A stretch of DNA of 63,952 nt, filler included, from Aduncisulcus paluster (taxonomy: Eukaryota): NCBI GenBank assembly GCA_024181965.1. It is 9 parts of 9 records of this genome, joined end to end, with 100 filler letters (N's around TTAATTAATTAA, not from the genome) between each part and the next. Parts side by side here need not be neighbours in the genome. Positions count along the whole stretch, not along the records: positions 1 to 18,205 come from BQXS01011224.1; positions 18,306 to 22,549 come from BQXS01011228.1; positions 22,650 to 27,642 come from BQXS01011229.1; 6 more parts are not named here. One strand, 5' to 3'. Below, in pieces: positions 13,872 to 24,387 of this stretch; positions within the stretch are counted from its first letter, which is position 1, and every line of letters starts with the position of its first letter. A program made the translations under genes and the position numbers. A model generated the notes under the pieces. The model worked only from the letters and a program-made list of their open reading frames with translations. It was not told the DNA's origin and did no database searches.

Positions 13872-14332
13872 ATATTCGGATGAGTACGACTCTGATTAGA
13901 GTTTTATCTTATCAATTCAGGACAAGTGAATTACTATTAAAGGCCTTCTATTTAAACTTTAAATTTTAATGGTTTTCTGTGGCAATCATAATCACCCATT
14001 TCCGGCAGATTTTAGTTGGTTTATCAAAATGCTTATTTATTTTTGACAATGTAAATATAATATTAATTATTAATATACATTGTAATACAATGATGTAGAG
14101 CAATATATCATGATAAGAGATAGAATAACAAAAGGAAGAAAATAATAATAATAATACACCGAATTGAAACGTTGATAACGAGAGAAGAAATAAATATAGC
14201 AAAAAAAAGTGAAGTAATTTAATAAAATTAACATAAAATTCAGACATTTAACGTTAATTTCTTATTTTTGCAGGTGGGGAAAACTGAAAAAAAATAGAAT
14301 GAATGAAAAATTGACGGGCACAGGGGTGTTAT

Positions 14333-14848
14333 TCAGATTAACTCATCAAAAACATCTCTAAACTCTTCAATATCTATCGTATTATCGGCATTTGTGTCAA
14401 TCAAAAGCCTTGCATCTTCCTTAGAGATGCTCATTTCACAGGCAATACAATCAATGAAGAACTCCATCGACTCCCCACTTAAATATCCCTTTTTATCCCT
14501 ATCAAACGTGCGAAACAGATGATCTATGTATGAAAATCGACGGTACTCATCTTTTTCACTAAAAATGGCAGCAAATAAACAGATGGCTCCATACATTGTG
14601 AGGATTTCTGCTCTACTCCACTTGTTATCTTTGTTAACGTCAAAAAACTTAAGCCACTTAACGAAAATATCCATTGAAAACCCCACATCCAGGGCAGCGA
14701 ACCTTTCTTTTCCTGCCTTTATAATGGATTCATATTCAACAAGCCCATCTGATGGATTGGCTCCAAAAAAGTCAATTAACTCATTGACAGCTCTAATTAT
14801 TGTATCTTTTGGTAATAGCGGATGAAATGATTTTACGGCTTCTTCCAT
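14333..14848 (-). CDS. EF-hand calcium-binding protein
   Basis: EF loops DVNKDNKWSRAE, DRDKKGYLSGES, DTNADNTIDIEE. Confidence 0.85.
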   Translation of the reverse strand: MEEAVKSFHPLLPKDTIIRAVNELIDFFGANPSDGLVEYESIIKAGKERFAALDVGFSMDIFVKWLKFFDVNKDNKWSRAEILTMYGAICLFAAIFSEKDEYRRFSYIDHLFRTFDRDKKGYLSGESMEFFIDCIACEMSISKEDARLLIDTNADNTIDIEEFRDVFDELI

Positions 14849-15132
14849 TTTAGGTGAAACTTGCGAAAAAAGGTATAATGATGCTCAAAAACAATAAAAT
14901 TAGATATAATTAAACTAGTTAGGCAATATATTAGAAATAATAATTAAAATTAGTAGATGAATAATTCGTATTGTAATCAAATCCACGAAATGATATGATC
15001 TTTCGAAGGGAATGGTGAATATCATAAAGTCATCGATATTCTTATTTTAAATGAGAAATTAAGTTGAGATTTGCTATAATTTTCCCAAAAAATGATTCCA
15101 ATAGAAATTTAATTCATTTTGTCAGCAAATAG

Positions 15133-16689
15133 ATGCCAAAAGTTATAAGATTCGGATTAATATATAAAAAACCAGCTTTATTGGTTGAATATGATAATGA
15201 TGCAGGCCGTCGACGGATTCGAAAGATCCCTGTTCATGGTTTTATTGTTACGAAGAAGAATCCTATAGCTATGGACGTATTGTCAGCTAAAGATAATTTG
15301 GTAAAACGAAACATTGATTTATTGCATCCGTCTGTCTGTTCGCATGACCAATTACTTGATCTTCTTGGAAGACTTAGGGCAAATTTAACTCATACAATAA
15401 TTACTCGGAGATCTTCAGAGTTCAAAGAATCTGATCATGATAAGAGTGCTCCTTTAACAAAATTTATTCAACAGCATCGTAAATATCCTCAATCTAGTGC
15501 CCCACTCCAAGATAGTAGTTCTCTCTCGAATTTTACCGGTAATGCCGATTCTCGCATTAGTCAGCATGATTCAACTCATCTTAGTGAACTTCCAACTGAA
15601 TATGCCCGTTCTTCAGAGATATTACGTGAATTAGGCGATTATAGGTATTCTTCGGATCATCCGAAGGATTTCAAAGCAGTAGACGATTCAAAACATTATG
15701 AAGACCATGAAGAACTTACGTCAGCAAGCTATAAACGTTCCAGACGTAAAATGAAGATCCCATCGTCCAAATTTGATGATTCACAAGAGTGTAGTCCATC
15801 TATTGCTTCCAAATCTCCCAGTTCCGGGTCTTCTTTCTCTCCTTCTTCTCACAATGATGAGACATCACCCCATTCATTATCTCCATACTCTAAATTTGCC
15901 TCTGGTGCTTTTTCTCATCTCCGTCGGCAACAAGTTGAAGCTGAATTTGGTGACGCTGAACGTTTGGCGGCCGAATTGATTGACGATAGGGATCATTATG
16001 ACACATATAAAGAGAAAGATGAGGTCATTATTCCAATTGTCGAGTCTCCTTCTAAAAATAGAACAATAGATGCCCGTGTTGGCAGCCATGGCCTAGATAT
16101 TGGCGAGTATGGGATGATCGGAAGAAATCAGCGAATGGGTGCCTATGAATCCAGTCCACTGTTTCAGGATGCCAGTGGAGATATGAGTGGTGAGCACGGA
16201 GATATGAGTGGAGAGCACGGAGATATGAGTGGTGAGCACGGAGATATGAGTGGTGAGCACGGAGATATGAGTGGAGAGCACGGAGATATGAGTGGAGAGC
16301 ACGGAGATATGAGTGGAGATTCTTCTGGAATGTCTGCTGGAGTGGATCAAGTCAGATATCATGAGCATTCATCTATCGCAAGTGGAAGCATGGGAGCTGG
16401 CTTCACAGATCTTGTTGAGGCCGAGGCTGAGGAAGAAGAAGAAGAGTGGAGCGATGGAGGATTTGAAAAGATGGATAAGTATCATATACAAGTTCATGAC
16501 CATGTATCAGCTCGTCACCATGTAGACCATCAAAAGCGGGGAGAGAGAAATGGGCATGGTGATGTTGTCGGGACTTATTATAGCCAATACACTCCTGGCA
16601 CTCCTGGAGAAGGTGTTGCTTCAAATTCTGAACTTTTAGATGAATTAGTTGAGGATGATCTAGCGTTTGAAATGGGAGATTCATTTTAG
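15133..16689 (+). CDS. CEP19-like centriolar protein with a long low-complexity extension
   Basis: N-terminus RFGLIYKKPALLVEY...RRRIRKIPV resembles the CEP19 domain (recalled, not searched); GDMSGEH repeats. Confidence 0.55.
   Translation: MPKVIRFGLIYKKPALLVEYDNDAGRRRIRKIPVHGFIVTKKNPIAMDVLSAKDNLVKRNIDLLHPSVCSHDQLLDLLGRLRANLTHTIITRRSSEFKESDHDKSAPLTKFIQQHRKYPQSSAPLQDSSSLSNFTGNADSRISQHDSTHLSELPTEYARSSEILRELGDYRYSSDHPKDFKAVDDSKHYEDHEELTSASYKRSRRKMKIPSSKFDDSQECSPSIASKSPSSGSSFSPSSHNDETSPHSLSPYSKFASGAFSHLRRQQVEAEFGDAERLAAELIDDRDHYDTYKEKDEVIIPIVESPSKNRTIDARVGSHGLDIGEYGMIGRNQRMGAYESSPLFQDASGDMSGEHGDMSGEHGDMSGEHGDMSGEHGDMSGEHGDMSGEHGDMSGDSSGMSAGVDQVRYHEHSSIASGSMGAGFTDLVEAEAEEEEEEWSDGGFEKMDKYHIQVHDHVSARHHVDHQKRGERNGHGDVVGTYYSQYTPGTPGEGVASNSELLDELVEDDLAFEMGDSF
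16177..16320 (+). repeat. 21-bp coding tandem repeat, 6 full copies plus a partial (GDMSGEH)
   Basis: GGAGATATGAGTGG(T/A)GAGCAC x6 followed by GGAGATATGAGTGGAGAT. Confidence 0.95.
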
Positions 16690-17030
16690 AATATAAGAAT
16701 ATCGATAAAATATCATAATATTTTTAGTTATTATATACTATTATATACTATTCATCATCTTTGTATTACTATATTGTTTAGAATCTACACTCTACCCTCT
16801 TTTGAATAACACAAATCTGGCATTTTGTAAATAGAATCCGTTTTACTTTCATAGGTTGCTCTCACCTGATTTATGAATAATCATTATGCATTCCAATTGT
16901 TGGATAAGATCTCATTTGAGACATTATCATCATATATCATATTTATCGATTGGTCAAGCATTGATCTATAAATATCATCCTTCTCAATAAGTAAAGCTAT
17001 AAATATAGGAAAGTACGTAATATATACATT

Positions 17031-17435
17031 AACCCCGATGGAAATGGCCACGATCTCGTTCCAACCTCTGGAAGTGCCATTGCCTCCCGTTATGATCTCA
17101 GGATGCCTACTGATTATGATACTCTTCTCTCTGGAAGCACAGATGCTATTGGATTTGGTGCCATGGATGCCAAGTACGCTAGTGTTACCGACTTCTCCAA
17201 CCCAGCCACTGACGCTGATTATAAATATAATACAATTCAAATGCACGGTGAATTCAGTCCCACCCATGAGGATCAACCCATATTCTTCTTTGGAGAAAGA
17301 CCAGGTGCTTTTGATAACTATGATAGGTGGGGTCTTGAGGCTCAAGACTTGAGCATTGGAACGATCTTCAATGTGAATCCAAATTATCTTGTACACAATG
17401 GGGACAGACTTTGGAATAACACTGTTGACGTGTAA
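17031..17435 (+). CDS. Probable coding fragment or terminal exon of an unknown protein
   Basis: GC-richer open frame NPDGNGHDLVP...MPTDYDTLL...WNNTVDV*; no family recognised. Confidence 0.35.
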   Translation, partial: NPDGNGHDLVPTSGSAIASRYDLRMPTDYDTLLSGSTDAIGFGAMDAKYASVTDFSNPATDADYKYNTIQMHGEFSPTHEDQPIFFFGERPGAFDNYDRWGLEAQDLSIGTIFNVNPNYLVHNGDRLWNNTVDV

Positions 17436-17698
17436 GAATAAATCGATTTAAATGAGCTTTCACTGAACTTCAGTGAATAATGACTGAAGTCTTCAAGTTG
17501 AAATCATTTCACATATGATTTCTGCACGAAATGACATTAAAATGTTGCCAAAACACCAATAAAGTTTATTGGCGCCCAATTTCGAAATTGGTGACCAATT
17601 TCATTAATCGGCCAGCAATTTCATAATAGGGTCGTGGTGTCTTTATTTTATGTTGTTCAAATAAATTTTTACACTTATTTAATTATCTATATTTTATA

Positions 17699-18205
17699 TT
17701 ATATTTCACATCTGGGATTCCTCATTAGATCCAGCTTCGCCAAATACTTGGAGAAACAGTAACCATATCCTTTCGCCAATGCTGCGCCAAGGCGAGCAAG
17801 TCTCCAGAATGAGGTTTGGAAGAGGGATTTTTCAGAAACCGTGCTATCTTCACTGGAAGTGTCTCCGGAAAATGAATCCACTTCACTTGTTGCAGTCACG
17901 TCTCTTCTGCGAAATTCTTTCAACAGGTCTGATAATCCTTGACCAATGGCTCCATGGGTTGAGATAGCAACCGGAATTACTCCGAAGTATTGTATAGCTA
18001 CGCTCCTCCTCATAGAGTCAATTGATTCAAGGGTCACCGAGTCTGCCTGGTCGTCGTTCTGCCCTTCACTTATTTGTTGGGCTTGTGGTTCACTTTCTCC
18101 CTGATGAGATATATCACTCTCATCATTTTGATCCCTTTGACCAGGATCGGTGGCAGAAGTGGTCACTGAAGCGACTTCAGTAATGTTCGGATTTGGCAGA
18201 ATAAT
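17699..18205 (-). mobile_element. 3' end of an RLE-type (CRE/R2-like) non-LTR retrotransposon ORF
   Basis: VIPVAISTHGAIGQGLSDLLKEF...FWRLARLGAALAKG matches the FxPxaxxtxGxxG...rlsxal C-terminal motif of restriction-like-endonuclease LINEs; cut by contig end. Confidence 0.55.
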
Positions 18206-18305
18206 NNNNNNNNNNNNNNNNNNNNNNNNNNNNNNNNNNNNNNNNNNNNTTAATTAATTAANNNNNNNNNNNNNNNNNNNNNNNNNNNNNNNNNNNNNNN
18301 NNNNN
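18206..18305. other. Artificial contig linker (44N-TTAATTAATTAA-44N); same linker at 22550, 27643, 38013, 41675, 49735, 53875, 60424
   Basis: Identical 100-nt spacer with stops in all six frames, repeated 8 times. Confidence 0.97.
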
Positions 18306-18572
18306 CATAAAAAAATATCTAATAGGGACAAAAAACATACAACAAGGATGGAAATCGTTGAATATCATTTCCTGACTTATCAGATAAGCTGTAAAATTTC
18401 ATAAAAAATATTGTCCAACGATAATTCGTGGAACAAAAGACAATTTTGTAACAACTTGAAATCTAGCAAGAAATTCAGATATTAAAAGCAAGATAATACC
18501 AATATTCGATTATATAATAACAATGATATGTTTGTTTACTGAAAAAACAATCATCTTGTCGGTATAAATAAC

Positions 18573-20300
18573 TTACAACTTGGTAAGGGCAAGGGCAGCA
18601 AAGTTCTGAACATCAACATCAGGGTCTTCGCTTGAAAGGTTCATCAAAATAGGTTTAATTTTTTGTAAGACAAATCTTTTGTCCAAATATTTGGCCAAAT
18701 CTCCAAGAGTTGTTGCAGCAGTGAATCTAACATTTGCAACACTATCTCTAGCAAGCCTAATCACAATGGGAAGAAGTTCAGTGCCGATCACATCACCAGT
18801 GAACTCACTGATGAGGGAACTGATGGCAAAGAGGGCTGTGATCCTGAAGAGGTAGTTGGTATCCTCGGAAAGAGCCTTGAGCTTGGGAATGAAAACGGTC
18901 TGAGCCCAAGCCATGCTATAAATCTGTGTAAGAGCCTTCATGTTCTCAATGGCAGCCTGACGAATGGCAAAGACAGCATCTCCAAGCCAGGTGTTGCAGA
19001 GTGGAGCAAGAGAATCCTCAAACTTGGAGGGATCAAGCTTCTTGGCGAGAACTGGAACTATTGAAATGACGGATCTTCTCACTCTCCAGGCGGGATCCTT
19101 GGCCAAATCGAACACAGCCTTGAATAGCATGTCCTCAACGATATCAACGCCTGCAACATCAATAACCTTCACGATATTGTCAATAACAGCAAGGCGAACG
19201 TCACTCTTATCATCAGAGAGGAGACGAGCGAGTAAAGGACGGAGACGTGAGACGGTGATATCTTTTCCGACAACGGTGGAGACACTACTTAGACTTCCAG
19301 CAATGGCTGCCCTCACATAATCGGCATCATCCTTGACAAGTTCCTCCAGTTGGGGCAGGATATAAGTGACGAGGAGATCACGAGAGTCAATGAGGACACA
19401 GCAACGAGATAACTCAACGGAGGCACAGCAACGGACTTCAGGTTCTTTGTCAAGAAGGAGAGCTTTCAAAACCTTACAGAAAGTGGTTTTGGATTGAGAG
19501 GAAATCTGTAATAAAGAGAAGAGGGACTCAGCAACAAGTCTCCTAACTCTCCAGGCTTCATCACGGGCAGAATTCTCAAAGACAACAAAGACACGGTCAG
19601 AATCAGAGGTTTGAAGCTTTTTCAAGAATGAATGGGCATTGGCAATATTGACACTTCTGACACTATCCTGTTCATCTCTTTGTAACTTTTCAAAAAGAGG
19701 AAGCAGCTTTTCGCGAGCAACTCCTTCTTCAACGACACTGACAACGTCAGATAAGGTCTCAGCGCAACTTCTACGGACCATGGGAAGCTCATCACTGCCC
19801 AAGAGCTCGTAAGCCTTGATAAGACGCTCTTTATGATCTGAATTTTGGGTTCTGCTGTATGCTTGGGCAACTAAACCGGCTCCTGATGTTTTGTAATTAA
19901 ACCATTCACCAGCAAGGAGGTCAAGAACAAGATTTATGAAATGAGTAATGTGTTGCTGGGGTAATTTAGCAGATATTTTTTTTAGACTTTCGACAGCAGC
20001 ATCACGAACAGCTTTGGCATCAACACAAGCAAGGAGCTCAAGAGGTTGAAGAAGAACGTGGATGTGTTCAGGACCTCCAACTAAATCAAGCAATGTAACT
20101 AATTCCTCTGCCATAGTGATCAAAATATCATCGTCATCATCTACTGAATCAGAAAGGAAAGGAATTAATTCATCTCTTGTACGTTTATCTCCGAGAGCAA
20201 GAGCAATATTTCCAAGTCTCTTTACAGAATTCAATCTTAAAGCTGGATCCTCACTCTTTAATTCATCGATGAGAACAGCAATGGGATGTAAGGATTCCAT
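18573..20300 (-). CDS. PPP2R1A: Protein phosphatase 2A scaffold (A/PR65) subunit
   Basis: LHPIAVLIDELKSED...RLNSVKRL...IALALGDKRTRDELIPFL; HEAT repeats; PMVRR, WRVR, NVRF motifs. Confidence 0.95.
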   Translation of the reverse strand: MESLHPIAVLIDELKSEDPALRLNSVKRLGNIALALGDKRTRDELIPFLSDSVDDDDDILITMAEELVTLLDLVGGPEHIHVLLQPLELLACVDAKAVRDAAVESLKKISAKLPQQHITHFINLVLDLLAGEWFNYKTSGAGLVAQAYSRTQNSDHKERLIKAYELLGSDELPMVRRSCAETLSDVVSVVEEGVAREKLLPLFEKLQRDEQDSVRSVNIANAHSFLKKLQTSDSDRVFVVFENSARDEAWRVRRLVAESLFSLLQISSQSKTTFCKVLKALLLDKEPEVRCCASVELSRCCVLIDSRDLLVTYILPQLEELVKDDADYVRAAIAGSLSSVSTVVGKDITVSRLRPLLARLLSDDKSDVRLAVIDNIVKVIDVAGVDIVEDMLFKAVFDLAKDPAWRVRRSVISIVPVLAKKLDPSKFEDSLAPLCNTWLGDAVFAIRQAAIENMKALTQIYSMAWAQTVFIPKLKALSEDTNYLFRITALFAISSLISEFTGDVIGTELLPIVIRLARDSVANVRFTAATTLGDLAKYLDKRFVLQKIKPILMNLSSEDPDVDVQNFAALALTKL

Positions 20301-20827
20301 TTTGTTAAAGTATGTCTCAGGAAGAAAAAATTACATGCCATTTGTTTCTCGGAATATAAAATGAGAACAGTGGAATAAATGACGATATTCAATTATAATA
20401 TAAATAAATCTTCGATTGCTCTTTTTTATACCTCCATTAATTGGTTTTAAGGGAAGTTAGAAAGAAATTCACTCCAAAGCGCTATTACCATGATCAATAC
20501 CAGATATTATGTACGAATCTTATTTTACTGGGATTAAAATATTTTATTTATTAAATTGTGTTGTGGTAAGTCAGACACAGAGAACATTCCACAGAATAAG
20601 CACTAAATTTGACTAATCAGCAAAATAGTCCCTATATTCTTTTCTAAAATTCTTATTGGATGAAAAAACATCCAAATTTATATATTTTTCTTGCGAATTA
20701 AGCGAAGGAAGATTTGATCAATCAAAATGGTGTATCTCTATTTAAATGCACTATTAAATATTAAAAGTCATTATTTTATGCATACTACATTTTTAAAATA
20801 ATTTTGAAATAAATATTTAATATCAAT

Positions 20828-22549
20828 ATGCTCCGCAGGCCAATCACACAGGTTTTGGCTGTAATGAAGTGTGAAAAGAAAGGATATTGCCCTCGTTCCA
20901 AGAGCACGGAGAAGAGGGTGAAGATGTACCGCAGCCGTATTCACCATACCAAGGATGGGAAGTTGATTGGTGGTGAGTTTTACAGTAGTACGGCTGACTC
21001 TGATGGTAGAATAGCTCCAAACAGAAAATATTTCGGTAATAGTCGAGTTCTTGGGCAGAAGCAACTTGAAACATTTAGACAAACCGTTCAAAGTGAGCAA
21101 GAAAATCCACAGGTATTCTTGGTAAATAGGAAAAGTTTGCCAACAGCCTTGCTTAAAGAAACTCAATATGAAGGTAAAAAATCACATATTCTTGATGTAG
21201 AAGGATATGAAACTATTATTAGTGGTGGAAAGATAAAAAGGAAGAAACCTAATTTAGCTCATGGTTCTCTTGAAGAGTTGATGGCCGAAGCTGATGATCA
21301 CGCTTCTAAATATGATCCAGAAAAAGATGAGGCTCGTTTAGACGTTAACCGTGCCGATCACAGCGACAAGCTCCGTCGTGCTGTTGTCCCCCATCTTGAA
21401 CGTGCTCAGACTGCCCGTGTTTATAGTGAAATGTACAAAGTTATTGATAGTAGTGATGTTGTGGTCCAGGTCCTTGATGCTCGTGATCCTTTAGGAACTC
21501 GTTCTAAAGTTCTTGAGTCCTATATGAAAAAAGATGATCATCTTCATAGACATCTCATATTTGTTTTAAATAAGGCTGACTTGATTCCTGTTTGGGCCAC
21601 GGCCAGATGGATCCGTATTCTATCCAAAGAGTATCCTACAATTGCCTTCCACGCTTCTGAGACTAATCCATTTGGAAAAGGTGCTCTTATCGCTTTATTA
21701 CGACAATTTTCAAGGTTTCATCGTGATAGGAAGCATGTGAGTGTTGGATTTGTCGGTTATCCTAACGTTGGGAAGAGTAGTGTGATTAATTGTCTCAAGA
21801 ACAAGAAGGTGTGTAAGGTTGCCCCCATCCCTGGTGAAACTAAGATCTGGCAATATATCACCCTCACAAAAAGGTTATATCTGATCGATTGTCCCGGAGT
21901 CGTGTACCCTGACAAAGGCACGACTCCCACTGATCTTATCTTGCGAGGTGTTCTTCGTGTTGAGAATTTGCAAGCCCCTGATGAATTTATTGATGCCATG
22001 ATTGCAAGATCGAGACCTGCATACATCAACAGGACATATGGTCTCCGTCCTGATTCAAATCCCCTTCACAAGTGGAAGGATGGCACGGAGCTTGTTGAGG
22101 TCATTGGAAGAAAGTATGGGAAGCTCATGAAGGGCAACGAGGTGGATGCATTCACAGTGAGTGTTATGCTGCTCCGTGAATTCCTCCGTGGACGTATTCC
22201 CTGGTTTATTCCTCCCCCTGAAGAGACAGAGGAGGAGAAACAGCTGAGTCTTGAGAGGAGACGTCAGGCCTTGTTGAGGAAGATCGGGATGAGTGATGCT
22301 GATGTCGGTGAAACCGGTTCTTCTTCGGCTACAGCCGGTGAAGGAAAGAAGAAGTCAGGTCAGGATGGAGAAGAGGAAGGAGATGAAGGAGAGGAGGAGG
22401 AAGAACTTGATGATGAGACTAAAATGTTGCTTGGAAAGGGCAAGGATAAGAAGTTTATGTTCGTCACTCCATCTCAGAAGTTTGGTGGAATAAGGGTTAA
22501 GAATTCCTTCTCTGAAGATCGAGCCAGTGAAATTGAGATTGATGAAGAA
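20828..22549 (+). CDS. NOG2: Nucleolar GTPase NOG2/GNL2 (3' truncated at contig end; true start uncertain)
   Basis: RIAPNRKYFGNSRV, YKVIDSSDVVVQVLDARDP, NKADL, GYPNVGKSS, PIPGETKIWQY, DCPG. Confidence 0.95.
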
Positions 22550-22662
22550 NNNNNNNNNNNNNNNNNNNNNNNNNNNNNNNNNNNNNNNNNNNNTTAATTA
22601 ATTAANNNNNNNNNNNNNNNNNNNNNNNNNNNNNNNNNNNNNNNNNNNNAGCCAAACTTTTG

Positions 22663-22680
22663 TGGTGACCCCACCTGGAA
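22663..22680 (+). promoter_or_regulatory. Primer-binding site of an LTR retrotransposon (tRNA-Trp-like)
   Basis: TGGTGACCCCACCTGGAA; the reverse complement TT-CCAGG-TGGGGTC-A-CCA has tRNA 3'-end geometry; lies ~320 nt upstream of the gag ATG. Confidence 0.65.
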
Positions 22681-23579
22681 CTTTTATCGCATATATATTT
22701 CTATAACAATAATTCTTTCTATTATTATTTATTTGGATTATGTTTATTTATTATATTTATTTTATATTTTATTTGACATGATTCGACATGTAATTGATTC
22801 TCATGGAATCAATCCGATCTTCTTCAAACTAATAAACTTGCTTCCTTCTATAGTTGGTTTCCGGTGTTTCTTGCTTTTATTAGTAACTAACACCACAATT
22901 TGATCAAATTTAAAGGAATTTTTTTTACTGTAAAGTAATTTGGTGGTTATTTTCCCTCGTGCCTCTGGTAGCATTTGAGAAGAAATCTTGGTAGATTTAA
23001 ATGGGCAAATCTTCTAAAACAAAGACGGTTAAAGCTGGCGATGGTATTGCTAGTGAAATCCCTAAGGGTAAAACGAAAGTTGGAAAAGGGAAATCTGGTG
23101 GAGTTTGTGATGGTGAACAAGAAGATTTATTGGTTGATGGAGACCACAGTGGTAGTGGCTCTACTTTTTCGGTTGGATTGAGCAATAATTTATTGACTCG
23201 TGGTGATTTGGGACCCACAGCGATTTTCTCCGAATCTGGTGTGAGAAAGAAGGTCTTACCGGTGTTAAAAGATACAAAAGTTCAACCTCCTCGTGGAAAC
23301 TTTGTATACCAACTACGGGTACCGCATAGAAGTGAGATTATGGAATTCTGTCATTCGGTGGTGGATTTGGTGAAGTCGGACACGAACTTGGTATTGCCTT
23401 CTATTGGTACACTGGTTGAAGACTCTGTTTTATTGATTTTAAAAACGTTAACTCAATTAGAAATCGATGAAACTTGTGGTGATCACAAATACGTAAAATC
23501 AGTGCTGGAAAAGGTGATTGGTGCGTATACAAGTGGAAGTTTATTTGAAGAGTTTGTAAAAGAAGCGCGTGACTTGGTG

Positions 23580-24387
23580 AGTGAATGTCATATGCTAATC
23601 CCTCCAAAGAGTTACTATTACGAGAAGAATTAATTAAAGGATATTCTGCTTGTGAAACTCACCTGAATGTATGCATTAGTACAGGGTTAACCAAAGCGAG
23701 AGAACTTATGCAGTTTCAACAGAATTTGTTTGTTATGACTATCTTTGCCACAACACAAAGATTCACTGCATCAAAAGAACTAACCGTGGATGATATAAAA
23801 CATGATGAACACGGCTCTACAATGCAATTATCGATGGAACGAGGCAGAAAACGGAGACACTCCCGATCCTCCGGGGTATCATACTATTCTTATGGGCCTT
23901 CTTGGAAGGTGTTTATCACCGCAATGAAGCTATGGATAACTGTATATAGGGAGCGATTCTATCAGATTGCAACGTCAAAAGAAAGATTGTATACGGATAT
24001 AAAATCTGTATTCTTTACAAAAAGATGTACCAGTGTCGCAAAAACGGCAACATACTGGATCTCTTGACCCTTTCAGAAGAAAGTAACAATAACCATTTTG
24101 CGGAAATCATTGTGTGATTCCTTTTTCCAAGAAAACTCACTATCGTATGCTCAAAGCTGGGCGCTCGCAAGGATGTCGGACCACACCCCACAAACTATCG
24201 AACAATACTATGTTAGAAATAGATATTGTAAAATTGCAACCACAAAGCTTCTTCATAGTTATTTATCTCAGACCCTAATTGGAGGAGATAAGGAAGGAGA
24301 TGAGGAAGGAAGTTTTGAAGGAGATGAGGAAGGAGAAGAGGAAGGAAGTTTTGAAGGAGAAAAAGAATCCTCCTTCGAAGATTGGTG
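23580..24387 (+). mobile_element. Tyrosine-recombinase cassette (Crypton-like) inserted into gag, flanked by a TTGGTG direct repeat
   Basis: ATG at 23585; catalytic motifs FATTQR (R), ERGRKRR (K), TILRKS (HxxR equivalent), ARMSDHT (H), IEQYY (Y); one in-frame TGA at 24065; TTGGTG at 23574-23579 and 24382-24387. Confidence 0.75.

Noticed and set aside
16177-16320. CRISPR-like array
   Set aside because: Head-to-tail coding repeat with no unique spacers; eukaryotic context
18250-18261. Recurrent TTAATTAATTAA palindrome
   Set aside because: Always centred in 44N+44N; an artificial contig linker, not biology
23577-24380. YR cassette as a spliceosomal intron (GTGAGT...GAAG)
   Set aside because: Splicing at these sites puts gag out of frame (TTG ATT GGT GGA CGG CCA TGG TGA); only the TTGGTG repeat deletion restores it
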